A stretch of 64,000 nt of DNA from Octopus sinensis (GCF_006345805.1 NC_042999.1:10726001-10790000); one strand, 5' to 3'; positions 38,878 through 51,978 are shown, counted from the first letter of the stretch. Notes: generated by a model not told the origin, from the letters alone. A program made the numbers and translations.

Positions 38878-39743
38878 CAAGGGGGTACCCAAAAGTAACC
38901 GGAAACGTTCTCTATGGGACAAGCCTGTTGTAGCTCAGACTTCTGCTGCTAGAAGCCACTTGATGTGACCCTCAGGCATCAGTCTGCCGACCAGCGTCAT
39001 CCAGTCAGGCTGTACTGCCACATGGTGCATCTTTGTTTTGCAGTGCTTCTCCCCTATTTCTCCAATTTTGCAATGGCTGAAACAAGGGAGCAGTGTGCTT
39101 CTGTGAAATTCTGTTTTCTGCTGGGGGAAATAGCAGCTGAAACAGTTGTCATGCTTCAAACAGCTGACAAGGACACTGTGCCCTGAGCAAGACACAAGTC
39201 TACGAGTGGTTTCGACGCTTTAGGAATGGTCACTTGTCGCTTGAAGATGAAGCTCGTTCAGAACGACCTTCGACCTCCCGAACGAATGAGAAACATAATG
39301 GAAATTCACAAGTCAGAAAACAATTGACGAACTTGTTGATACGACTGGTGCGTGTCCTGGAGCTTCTGCCAAGGAATTTTGAGCGAGGAATTTGTACTTG
39401 GCTTGCTCACCAAAGATCAAAAGCTGTCACAACTGAATGCGTGTCGTGAACTGAAAAAACAGCTGGGAATTGATTCGGACCTTTTTTTTCAAAGGTCATC
39501 ACTGGTGATGAAAGCTGGTTCTATGTAATTTGCAGATGTGGAAGAGGTGAAGAAAAAAATGACAGAGGTGTTAAAAGGTATCACTTTGCAAGAGTTCCTG
39601 CACTGCTTTGAACATTGGAAAATGTGTCTGGACCAATGCATTACTTCAAATGGAGAATATGCTGAAGGTGATAAAAAGTGTAATCATGTAAAAGGGAATA
39701 AAGTAATATTGCAAAATTCCAGTTTCTTTTGGGTACCCTCTCT
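38878..39743 (+). mobile_element. Internally deleted mariner (Tc1/mariner) element
   Basis: ~27-bp TIRs CAAGGGGGTACCCAAAAGTAACCGGAA / TTCCAGTTTCTTTTGGGTACCCTCTCT, with TA on the right and CA on the left. Transposase from ATG 39073: MAETREQCASVKFCFLLG...VYEWFRRFRNG..SLEDEARSERPSTS...KVITGDESWFY, jumping to FADVEEVKKKMTEVLKGI...CITSNGEYAEGD. The catalytic middle is deleted. Confidence 0.92.
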
Positions 39744-42648
39744 TACTTTATCGATTACAACATTGCTAGTTTTAAATCAGGGTTTCAGCAAATTTCTTAC
39801 AACATTGAATTCTTCATGAACTAACAATAACTTATTGACCCCCATCATATAAATATCTAAAATTAAATATAAAAAAGTAAAATTCATAAAATTTCCCAAT
39901 TTAAAAACAAGTATTTTCCTTTTTTTATGCCAAAGCCATTTAATGAAAATCAGTCAAATATTTATATAAAATAATTCAGCATCCTTAATGTGTAAAAATT
40001 GTTTCAGGTGTTTATCGGCTGACTCTCTGGATAACCACAGAAGTACCCGAGTCAATATTGACCACTTAGCCTGCTCCTGTTTCAGGTAGTGCACCTGGAT
40101 ATCCTAAAGTATAAAGAAGGATCTTTATCAAGGTAATAGCACAAACAATATCAACCCTCAAGAGGCATTACATGAAGAAAGGCTGTGAAGAGAAGCTGTC
40201 AAGATAACTGATGAGGAAGAAGAGGTTAATATAAAAGAGTTCTGGAAAGGATACAATATATAGAATGCCACGGAATAATTTAAGAGTCTTTTGAGAAGAG
40301 ATGAAGTAATCAACAACACAAGGCTACAAGAAAAAGTTATGGCCAGATTTCTGACCAAATTTTAAAGGATTTGAAGATATCCCCAAAGTTGTCAGAGAGG
40401 AAGCTGTTCAATTTACGAATGAATTCACAAGTCATTTCTAAAGATGTGATTAAACCAATTGCAAAAAAACTCACAAGGGAAAGAACCTTCTAATTATAAT
40501 TCTATAATTAGATATAATTTTATAATATATAATTATAAGTTTCAGTGACTCAAGAGTTGTACATTTGTCTATGTTTAGCTCTCAGAGAAAGGGTCTTCAC
40601 TAACTAATGTCTAATTCAATAATCCAAGATTTGGACATTTAACTTCAGGAGATCAGTTGTTATGAAAGTAGAGGACAGAATACATACATTATATGTATAA
40701 CATATATTCAACAAGAGACCTACCATGCAAATAGCTGCCTTATATTTGGCACAATAGATTCTCCCAATTCTCTTGGTTAATTGTTTTTCTTCTATTTATT
40801 TCGTTTTTATATTCTACACATCTTTGGTGGATTTTTTTTTTTTTTCCATATTTCTACACTTTTTCATTCACATACTTTTACTTAGCTTTTTGCTTCATAA
40901 TCTCACTCATGTTGTGTGATTTTTATGCATGTATGGAGATGTGTGCACACATGTATACTATTGAAATTCTAAATCTGTATGTCTGTCTGTGTGTACCCAC
41001 AAATTTGGTGAAAATTCTTAAACACAGGTCCTTAACTGTAAAGGAACTATCAAAACAAAAATTTAGTCCTTCTTTTATCAATAAAAAAAATAATTTCCAT
41101 TCATTTACGAAAGAGGGATCAGTAGAAAGTAGCATACAAACACTAAAGAATATGTATGTGCACACATACTCACACAGATTCACTAATAAGCACTATTATA
41201 ACATACACAAATGCAACAGATTTGCAACACACACACACAGTATAAAAAGTGAACACACACACACACAGTATAAAAAGTGAACACACACACACACACACAC
41301 ACAGTATAGGATACACACACATCGTTTAAGGGACATTAAACAATAATGATGATACACACAAATGCAATACATTCGCAAGACACACATCTAATAGTGAACA
41401 GATGCTAACAGATGAATATAACAACAGAGACATATTCAAAAATAAGGCTTGTGTATACAACATACACACACACACACATTTTCCTCCTCTACCATCTGCC
41501 TTCCATGCTGGTATGGGTTGCATGGTTTGACAATGAGGAGAACTGCATCATGCTCCACTATCTTTTCTTTAGTTTCTACACCTTGATGCCATTCCCGATG
41601 CCAATAACCAGCAGCTTCTTATATTTGTGTCCTTTCTACAGCTAATGACTGTATTATGTCTCAGAGGAAGGAAATATCATGAGGAGATTTTCAAAGAGTT
41701 ACATAAGAACTGCTGTGACATCATCAATGCCAATTCCACAGAGTCTCTAACACTTGATGCATCTTGGTTGTGTACCTGGACCCTAATCCCTTTTCTGCTC
41801 CTATATTGTAAGTGTATATACTTCAAATTGAGAGAAAACTCAGGCAACCAATGTTGCAGTCACTTCGAAGCCTTCAAGCAACATGTCTCTGCGTGAACTT
41901 TTGCTTTTATGTGTGTGGGGGTTCCCTGAGCACGTGCTCTGTTGTTTCTGTTCATGTTTGGGTTATTAAAATGCAAGCAGAACAGAATTTTAAAAATGAA
42001 AAATCAAATTTTAGAAAAAAAAAACCTGGTAGATCAGAATAGCCATATTAGCTTCCTAACCAGAGAGATTCTTCAAAATGAAATGGCTTACTCAAGTATG
42101 AAATGAGCTATGTAAATATAATGTGGTGAAAGAGTACTATTGTACTCTTGTTGGCTTATATAGACAGACAGACAGTGAAAGAGTTCAGTTGATGGTAGAA
42201 GTAGGAGAGGAAAAACAAATCTGTCAATATGTGAGTAAAATGAAATCAGTAAAGTGAACTCTTTATTACAGAATTATTTTATTCATTTTATTATCTCTAT
42301 AATCTTAAGTTCATATTAATAATTATGATTATGGCAATGAGTAACACACACATATAAGGGCTTCTTTAGGCCGTTGATAGCAAACCATATGATTCTGCAC
42401 TGGGAGAGTTTCTTGGCATATGGCAGGTCTGAGCAGTTGACTATTTCTGCTCAGTTACCAGCTTCTAAAATAACAATTGTCAATGTCTTTCTCATCAGAA
42501 TCCATTAGTATAACATTTTGTATGTGTGTATATTTATATATATTAATAGATACACTCATGTATATATGTTTGTAGATGTGTATGTGTATATTGTTGTCTG
42601 TATGCCATTCCTACAGTGTGACAAAATCAACCAACAAAAAAACTGGCT

Positions 42649-42687
<39 letters not shown>

Positions 42688-43265
42688 TCATTGAGCTAAC
42701 ATGGGCTGTGGATATCGGATGATGATGATGATGAATAAAAAGTGTTGCTGAAAAAATGTTGATAAGAATATGTCTGCATACACACACACTAGGACCCCCT
42801 CCAGTCATGGCTAACCATATGTTTCTGCACCATGGAAGCTCCCCTCATAATTCATTCCACACTGAAATAAACCCGACCCCCCCCCTCCTTCCTCTTTCGG
42901 CAAGACAAATAATTCTCCATACAAGCAACTCTCATCTTTCATGCCTATGAAACTATACTTTAACACCAGTACTGTCACAGATATTGCCATCGGAATGCAA
43001 ACGGCCAGAAAAGATATCCGAAAGCATCTGGTCCGAAGCTGTAGCACTGCCACCAATCCATAATCATGGCTTGGGTCTTTTCTATGTTTCTTTTTTGTGT
43101 GACATCAAATGGGTGAAATGCAGAGTATAGCACAATTCGAAATCAGAGCACAAAGAGTCAAAATATACACTAACAACTACCAACTCTGGTGTGTGTGTGT
43201 GTGTGTGTGTGTGTGAGAGTATATGTGTGTGAGTGTATGTGTGTGTGAATATGTGAGTGTGAATA

Positions 43266-43299
<34 letters not shown>

Positions 43300-43827
43300 C
43301 ATGCATGCATGCATTTATGTCTTCTTGTCTTGAAATTGTGTGGTAACTGTAAACAAGTATCACTGACATAGATGCAGTGTCATTTCCAATATTCTTCAAA
43401 AACATGTAGGGGTCACTGGGGAAATATTACTTTGTAACAGGAAGGGCATCCAGCCATAGAAAACCTGTTTGACCCATGCAAGTAGGACATTAGTGGACGT
43501 TAAAACAATGATGCGATAGCTCAGCTGACATTTGTATTTGAGGTGGTAGCAAGCTTTTGCTAGTTGTTCTTTAGATTCCTCTATAGTGATTGCAGGCTGG
43601 CAGAGACATCCTGTTAACTGACCCTCATACTCTTGATGCAACAGAACGCCGAGTGTGTGTGACAGCTGGAGCAAAAGAGAGAGAGCGGCATCACTACTAG
43701 GTGGTGGCCACCCGTCTTCTGCCGAGCAGGCTGCAACAAGGCGAAATGACAGAATATGCCCAGTCTGGGAAGTAAAACCAGGGCTGAACAATCATGAATC
43801 CAACACCCTAACTGGTAAGGCCTGTGC

Positions 43828-43879
<52 letters not shown>

Positions 43880-44261
43880 GTGTGTTGGTGACACCCAACA
43901 TACACACGTGCATGAATTTACCTTTCTTTAAAGCATAGAAGTAGCAAATTTCATTGAAAATGACAGGATTGTTTATACCAATCAATCTATTTGGTGATGT
44001 CACAAATCAATTAATGACAAATGTCAGTATATTATGAGAAAACAATTGAAATGGAGTTATGGGGAGAGATGAGGAAGGAGGGTGGGTATTCTATAATCAT
44101 GCAGGCTTCAGATATTATTAATTCCTCACATATACTGTTAAATATTTATTTTTGCTTCTCTTAGACAATTATCAGCAACATTGTGACTGATTCTGTGTTT
44201 AGAGTGTAACATGCAAGAGCAACCTCAATAACAGCGTAATGTGTTTGCAGTACATATATAT

Positions 44262-44308
<47 letters not shown>

Positions 44309-44479
44309 GTATAGAGAAAGATATCTTATATTCTTCAATCAGCAGTAATTGCAAAGTGGATGAAGAATCATGCATGATAAGTGCATGACACTCCTGGCCC
44401 TTGAGTCACAGTGTAACTTCTCATGATTAAAAATAAAAGATGTATAACAGTAGGTCTATGTTGATGGGTGGATGGATGG

Positions 44480-44532
44480 ATGGATAGATAGATAGACAGA
44501 TAGATAGACAGACATGTAGGCAGACAGACAGT

Positions 44533-44607
<75 letters not shown>

Positions 44608-44640
44608 GTAGGTAGGTAGACAGACAGACAGACAGAAAGA
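44480..44640. repeat. Compound (GATA)/(GACA)/(GGTA)/(GGAT) tetranucleotide microsatellite
   Basis: Direct reading of the sequence. Confidence 0.95.
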
Positions 44641-45255
44641 GAGACAAATGGGATAGAAAAACGAAAGATATATGCCGAGCATACGACTTTCTCAAAAACC
44701 TGACAACTAAATGGAAAACTAGTAAAATAATTAATCCGATGCCGTAAACCATGAATTTACAGAATATTCTGCTTGTGTGTGTGTGTGTGTGGCCTTTGTG
44801 TCTGCATTTGTGTAGGTGCATTTATATATATATATAAATGCTTTGTGCATGCAGTTATCTTTTTATGCATGGGTGTTCATCACATTTGTCACATGGAGGA
44901 AGGTGAATGTGGAAGTGCGGTAATGTATACATGCGTGCGTGTATGTATGTATGTATGCACGTGTGAACTTACATATGCACATATGTATGTGTGAATGTGT
45001 ATGTAATTGTTTAGGCCCGTGTCAGTCCTGATCAAGCACATCTATGCTGAAAAATGTTCCAACCATGACCATTTCATTTATTTCTAAGACCACATCATCC
45101 AATCTGTATATTTTCTTTCAGGCAATAGGGTGTGGCTAGGGGCAGGTTCACCTATTTCAAACAATCAAACAACCTTACTGACGTTTTATCGTTGGCTCCA
45201 ACTACATATATTTGTTTACCTATGTTGTCTGTATGCAAATTTCTGTACATGATTG

Positions 45256-45301
<46 letters not shown>

Positions 45302-45826
45302 TACATCTGTTTTACTTTGGTTTTCCCATAGTAGCAAGGATTATGTATCCATCTGAGAAAACAGGTAGATGTAGATACACACACACACACACACATAAGA
45401 TATAGGTATACAGACATATATACACAGGCTGGCAGACAGACAAACAGACACTCGCACACACACACACACACAGTTACATACATAATATGCAAGACTTTTC
45501 TCAAGTTTAAAATGTGAATTTGTTTTTGTTACCTACGTTCCAAAGACGGGGCTTTGTAGCTTTGTTAAAAACCAGCTCCTTCCTTACAGGAAAACGTCAA
45601 ATAATTAGAAACAGAAGCAAACACACATTGATGTCTATTTGTATATTCAAATCTTTATGAGTATCAACATATATGGCTAAAATCTATAATGAAGTTGGAT
45701 GCAATTTCAGGAAGAGGACAATAAGTAAACGTTGTAACTGTTATTGTAAAAAATTTAATTAATGGATTTTTAAAATTAAATTCAATTGTTAAGAATGTTT
45801 TGCATTGTTACATTACAGAAGTCTAC

Positions 45827-45869
<43 letters not shown>

Positions 45870-47410
45870 CAACAGCAGCATATCAAGACAAAAACCAAAT
45901 TCCAGTTGGAAAACTTTTGGGTCAGTTGCCATTATTACACATATTGCTTTTTTTTTTTTTTTTTAAGGGGATCCCTGAACCCAAAATAAATATATAGATA
46001 AAAATTAAACAAACATGAATAGCTGAAGGGAGGAAACAGTAAATGAAAATATAAGAGAGAAGACACACTATCACCTCACCTGGAGAAGTAGCTAGTGTCC
46101 AGGCAGCTGGTTTTCTTGACACTATGGCTAGTGTACTGTGTGTGGTGGTATGTCTCGGCAGATGTACACATGTACATGTACATTTGATGCCCAGACATCC
46201 CTAAATCCTGTCGTTCACAAAGAAAAAGCTCAGCAAGACTCAGGTAATTTTCCTTCCAGTTTTCTATTCCTCTGTTCTAGTTTTTGTTTTTATCTAGTCC
46301 CAAGACCAGAGGAATATAATCCAAGGAACAAAGCTATGAAACATTTAGGTACATACTTGATTAAAGGAAAAGTTGGAATGTATTTAGATTCATGTACATA
46401 CATGTGTGTGTGTGTGTGTATAAATAATACAGAGGTTTCCAGTGTATACCGAAGTCTGTCATATTAAAAATTATTATTTTGTGGTAATTTTTTCAGCTAT
46501 TTTCTGAACATGGCCCAAAATCCTGTGGGTCTTACCAAAACAGTACAGATCTACCTCGTATATTGGTACGGCAGAACATTTGTAAATTTAAAGTTTCCTC
46601 CAACAGATGAATGGAAGCAAAGCAGTCAGCACAGCCCGGCAATAATTCTTCACCTACAGGTAGCAGAAAACATGAAGCAGTCGGGGCTTGGTAAGTAAAG
46701 AGCAGAGATACCTATCGCAGGGAAGGGTTACAATGAAGTGAATGTGTGTGTGTGCATGGGAGGGAGAGAGGGAGCGAGAAATACAGCAGGAGAAAAGAGA
46801 GATAGGAAGAGGAGGAAGAGAATCAGTGACAAAGGAAACTGTTAGAAAGAGGGAGGGAAGAATTATGAATAAGAGACAAGGAAGGGGAGGAGGAAAAGGT
46901 ATTCCCCAACAAATGTGTTTATTATTGTTAGTTTTTTTCTTATTGTATCTTTTTGTCTATTTGTTCTTTCTTTTTATTATGTTTACTTTTCAGACAAACC
47001 CAATAAATACAACAACAACAACAACAAAATCTGTGTATCACCATTGAGAGATGTTAAGGATTTCCTGAATTTGAAAATAAATGGGACAGCCGGGACGAGG
47101 GGGTAGCAGCAGGAATCCAAACATTAGGCAAGAAATAGAGACAAAAGAAATCAGCAGAAACACTTCTCACAGAGTCTGGCAGAGCAAGAATGGAGTCGGG
47201 GCTACAACTACGGTTAGAACTGTGGCTGTAGTAAAGGCCCTGCTATTGAAGCTAATAAGGAAGGCAGATAAGGGGGCAGCGGAGGAGCTGACAGCCACAA
47301 ATGATGGTAATGATGCAAAGAAATTGAAAACATAAACAACAAAAACATCCACACAGAGATGTTCCAGAAGGGAACATCAGAGTGCTAAGTGCAGGCCTAT
47401 ATGTGTGTGC

Positions 47411-47458
<48 letters not shown>

Positions 47459-47493
47459 ATTCATATTCGTATGTGTCTGTACTGTGGTAGAAT

Positions 47494-47568
<75 letters not shown>

Positions 47569-47866
47569 AGCAACAACTGCGGAGGCTGCAACGATGGTAG
47601 ATAGGGGATGTCTAATGGTGAATAAGATACACACATAGAGTGGCACCTTCTTGCCAGCAGTTGGCCTCCTCCACTGTGTGAGAAAGAGTAACAGAAAGAT
47701 TCACTGGTTGGCTACTTTATTGACTGTTGTAGTATGCTTGGTAGAACTGGCTAACTAGGCAGGAGAGACTGAACACTCTCCCTCACACACACACACACAC
47801 ACACACTTCTCCGCCTTTTGCCTAAGATCAAAGAATATGTGTATACACACACACACACATCCAACC

Positions 47867-47908
<42 letters not shown>

Positions 47909-48147
47909 GTATGTATACACACACATGCACCCGTTTACATATGTACATGTGTCTATACACACATATTATTATACAGAGCTATTCACTCGTTCGCAGATAA
48001 GTATATGCATTTTATACTATAGTGTATATTATGTGCATTATATATAAATATACACATTTAGAAAATAAAGAAAGTCAGGTGGTATGAGAGATGAATAGAT
48101 TTATTTCACCAGTTGATATCTATAGGCTGACGGGCATTTCACAGCCA

Positions 48148-48231
<84 letters not shown>

Positions 48232-48263
48232 GTATACACATATACACACACACACACATATAT

Positions 48264-48599
48264 GTGAAGGGACATGGCTCAGTGGTTAGAATGTTGAGCT
48301 TATGATTGTGAGGTTGTGAGTTCAATTCCCGGACCAGGCTGCGTGTTGTGTTCTTGAGCAAGAGACTTTAATTCACATTGCTCCAGTTCGCTCATCTGTA
48401 GAAATGAGTTGTGGCATCACTGGTACCAAGCTGTATCGGCCCCTTTGCCTTTCCCTTGGATAACATCGATGGCATGGAGAGGGGAGGCTGGTATCATAGG
48501 CAACTGCTGGTCTTCCATAAAACAACCTTGCCTGGACTTGTACCTCAGAGGGTAACTTTCTAGGTGCAATCCCATGGGCATTCATGACCAAAGAGGGTC
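48264..48599 (+). mobile_element. tRNA-derived CORE-type SINE
   Basis: A box TGGCTCAGTGG (48275-48285), B box GAGTTCAATTCC (48318-48329), then CORE-like gtgttgtgttcttgagcaag...ctccagttcgctcatctgtagaaatgag. A decayed head of this family lies at ~4200-4245 (-). Confidence 0.75.
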
Positions 48600-48641
48600 A
48601 GCCTGCATGTATGTATATATATATACATACACCTACATGTG

Positions 48642-48682
<41 letters not shown>

Positions 48683-48700
48683 AGGTATATGTATATGTAG

Positions 48701-48755
<55 letters not shown>

Positions 48756-48814
48756 CACACACACATATACCTACATATACATATACCTACACACACACAC
48801 ATATATATATATAT
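48642..48814. repeat. Palindrome centred on a (TA)n tract
   Basis: 48681-48710 is the exact reverse complement of 48761-48790 (30/30). The flanking (GT)n/(AC)n and (AT)n tracts are also symmetric. Confidence 0.9.
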
Positions 48815-49102
48815 ACATACACCTACATATATATATATATATTTATGTATGTGTGTGTATATGTATGTATATATACTTACCTACACATTGTATACAAATT
48901 ATTTAAATGTACCTATGCACACTGCATGTAATATATATATATATATATATACATTTATTAATCAATGATTTTTTTACTAATTTTGAAATTAAATCAGTTT
49001 ATATTTGCTGCTGAGAAGACCGCGCGATTGCGGTAGATTTTGAAAATTTATAGCATATAGACTGGAGGCTTCCTTACAATCACCTCGTGGATATATACTC
49101 AT

Positions 49103-49213
49103 CCTTGGCTTCTCTGCTGACGAGGCACGCCAGTTGTAAATAAATTTAATTTAATTTAATTAATTTGTTTACCAAAGTTTGCTGAAACTATGCATAGTCC
49201 AGAGATGAAAGGG
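49103..49213 (+). ncRNA. Type I hammerhead ribozyme fold with intact catalytic core
   Basis: Core CTGACGA (49117-49123), GAAA (49184-49187), GUC (49197-49199). Stem I 49116-49109 / 49200-49207 (7/8), then a 2x2 loop and 4 more bp. Stem II GGCA/UGCU plus an 11-bp AU-rich extension (49136-49146 / 49162-49172). Stem III lies within the perfect 12-nt palindrome ACTATGCATAGT. Confidence 0.85.
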
Positions 49214-49326
49214 TAAACGTTTTTATTTCTCTTTCAATTTCAGAATTACAACTATTAGTGGTTTGAGTTTGGCTGCTCTTTCTAGTGAGTCGAATGTCCT
49301 ATTATGGCCATTCCTTATATTTTTGA

Positions 49327-49361
<35 letters not shown>

Positions 49362-49700
49362 TACTATATCTCTCATTGAGGCTTTTAAAAAAATTTTTGG
49401 CAAATTTTTTGGGCCAATGCTTTTCCACAATCCATCCACCCTAGTATTGCAATGACAATTTAATCAGGAGCAGCATTATAAAAATATCTTTAACATGGCA
49501 AAATATATTTCCTTCCTAAAAAAAAAAAGAAAAAGAAAAACGAGAAACACAACTTTATTGAATATTATGGCAGCGGCACCATTGGTTCCAATGTGTCTTT
49601 AAACTAAGAAGTAGTTGCCTTTGAACCAGTGTTTCTCAGCCATTTCCCTCTGTCCAATGCCCACATATTGATTTAAAAAAAAACACAAATGTGTTCTTAT

Positions 49701-49864
49701 AGGCGCAGGAGTGGATGTGTGGTAAGTAGCTTGCTTATGAACCACATGGCTCCGGGTTCAGTCTCACTACGTGGCACCTTGGGCATGTGTCTTCTGCTAT
49801 AGCCTCGGGCCGACCAAAGCCTTGTCAGTGGATTTGGTAGACAGAAACTGAAAGAAGCCCGTCG

Positions 49865-49896
<32 letters not shown>

Positions 49897-50617
49897 TAAA
49901 TGAAATAAAACATATGCATATATATAAACATATATGTACGTACCTACCTCTACATGTACATATACACGCATATATGAGTACAGGACACCAAAAGGACGTC
50001 GAACACAATGAGAAACGAAAACATAGACACAAACCAAAGGAACTGGACATTTTTTTAAAAACAACAAAAAATGGAGTACAGGACAATTAACACAACGAAA
50101 AAACCCCTTCTTCAGTCGCTAAGGTTTCATCTACACTACGTTTCGAAGGATAAAAGCGAGACGTATCTTCGACAAGAAACTTTCCTTCCTGCGAAAAGCA
50201 AATCAATTGAAATTCTGAGATCTTTTCGCAGAGGGGTAAAAAATGGTAATAAAAACAGGACAGTAACGACAGTACAAATTATAAACAGTAAAAGACAGGA
50301 CAAGGAAAAACAAGATAAGAAGGGCTGTTAACGCCGAACGAAAAAAAGTATTGCGAACGCGGAATTTTTTATGAACGACGAGCGGAGCAAAAATATATAA
50401 TGTGTGTGTGTGTTTCTGTGTCTGTGTTTGTCCCTCCAACATCGCTTGACAACTGATGCTGGTGTGTTTACGCCCCCGTAACTTAGCGGTTCGGCAAAAG
50501 AGACCGATAGAATAAGTACTGGGCTTACAAAGAATATGTCCTGGGGTCGATTTGCTCGACTAAAGGCGGTGCTCCAGCATGGCCACAGCCAAATGATTGA
50601 AACAAGTAAAAGAGTAA
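49701..50617 (+). mobile_element. Family A SINE split at its central (TA)n tract by a ~500-bp insert (~49893-50400)
   Basis: 5' half 49701-49870 and 3' half 50401-50617 join to match the intact copy at 14043-14448. Confidence 0.85.
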
Positions 50618-51809
50618 ATGTGCCCCACCATGAATGGACAAAGTTAGTGTATAGTATGTATATATTCAAAAGAAGTTTTAAAGTTTATTGCAAATTTTAT
50701 TCAGTTGTTACTGTTTTATATCCCCCATTTTGAAGTAACCCGCATCTCACCAAAATAATGCCATGCCCAAAAGTTAGAAATGCATGGTGCCCTGAGAAAC
50801 ATAGCCTTAAACCATAGTTACAACCAGATCTTTAATACAAAAAAAATATTGTAAAACTTTTATATTCAACCATCATGAATTTTTACCATAATTATAAAAC
50901 TTCAAATTAGTAAGCATAAAAAAATCAATAACCTAATAAAAGACCAGTTCATGCAACTGTTTTGATCCCAACAATTGCCCTCTAAAATGCAGTTGTATGG
51001 CAAAAAATATTGTGTATAGAGGCTGAATTACCACTAACAATAACTCAAAAGCTTACTCTGGCATGACCTCAAATCCATTTAAATCAAGGTTTTTTTTACA
51101 AATGCATTCCTGTAAGTTAGACCTTGTAGGTTTTGTACCATGGAAGGATACAATATACTTTTTACTAAGAAGGAAATATACTGCAAGGGGCGATAGTGGT
51201 TTTAGTCACTGAGTTGTGCCCTTGCTTGGGTATCACCCTCATATGTAGATGACCAGTTTTTATTTCAGTTTGATCCACTAAAATTACAAGGCATAAAAGA
51301 AGAGACACAATAACAGATTTTCAGACCACACACACACACATTCATTTTACGTGTTTTTCTTATGTCAGTATGGATTTGATGAATATGTTGTTGAGGCGTT
51401 TTACAGTCAGATATACTTCATCTCACTAACCCATACCTGTTTTCCAACTAAGTTGAATTTCACTTGTCTTCAAAAACACAGAATTATCAGACGGGGAATG
51501 TCAACTAACATCATAAGCCATAACTCACCTATTCCTCAGGTGATACACAAAATGTAAACACACACACACTCACATACAGCTCTACATAATAACAGCCAAT
51601 ATGAATGTTGATTGGTTAATTTCTCCAGACATTCTTTACATCATTAGAAGGGGGGGGGGAGATGCAGAGGGTGTCAGTGTAAGATGAGTGCACATACTAG
51701 GCTTGGTGACACGCAATGAGTATATGAATGCTACACACACACAGTGAAAGAGAAAAAATGTGAGACAGGTGAGGAGGAGAATGTGTAAACACACATACAT
51801 ATATATTCC

Positions 51810-51937
51810 CAACCAATTGGTTCTAGATTCAGTCCCACTACGTGGCACCTTGGGCAAGTGCTTCCTACTAGAGTCTCAGGCCGACCAAAACCCTGTGAGA
51901 GGATTTGGTAGATGGAAACTGAAAGAAGCCTGTCATA

Positions 51938-51978
<41 letters not shown>

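Larger units (their letters stand above)
37990..40460 (+). pseudogene. Fragmented Tigger/pogo DDE transposase relic (pieces ~37990-38484, 38713-38810, ~40070-40460)
   Basis: QQILNVDETGLF*KKMPER (38324-38380), GDNADGN, KLKPMQFYYSENP (from 38713), SAPGYP and VNIKEFWKGYNI follow the Tigger transposase motif order. Confidence 0.8.
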
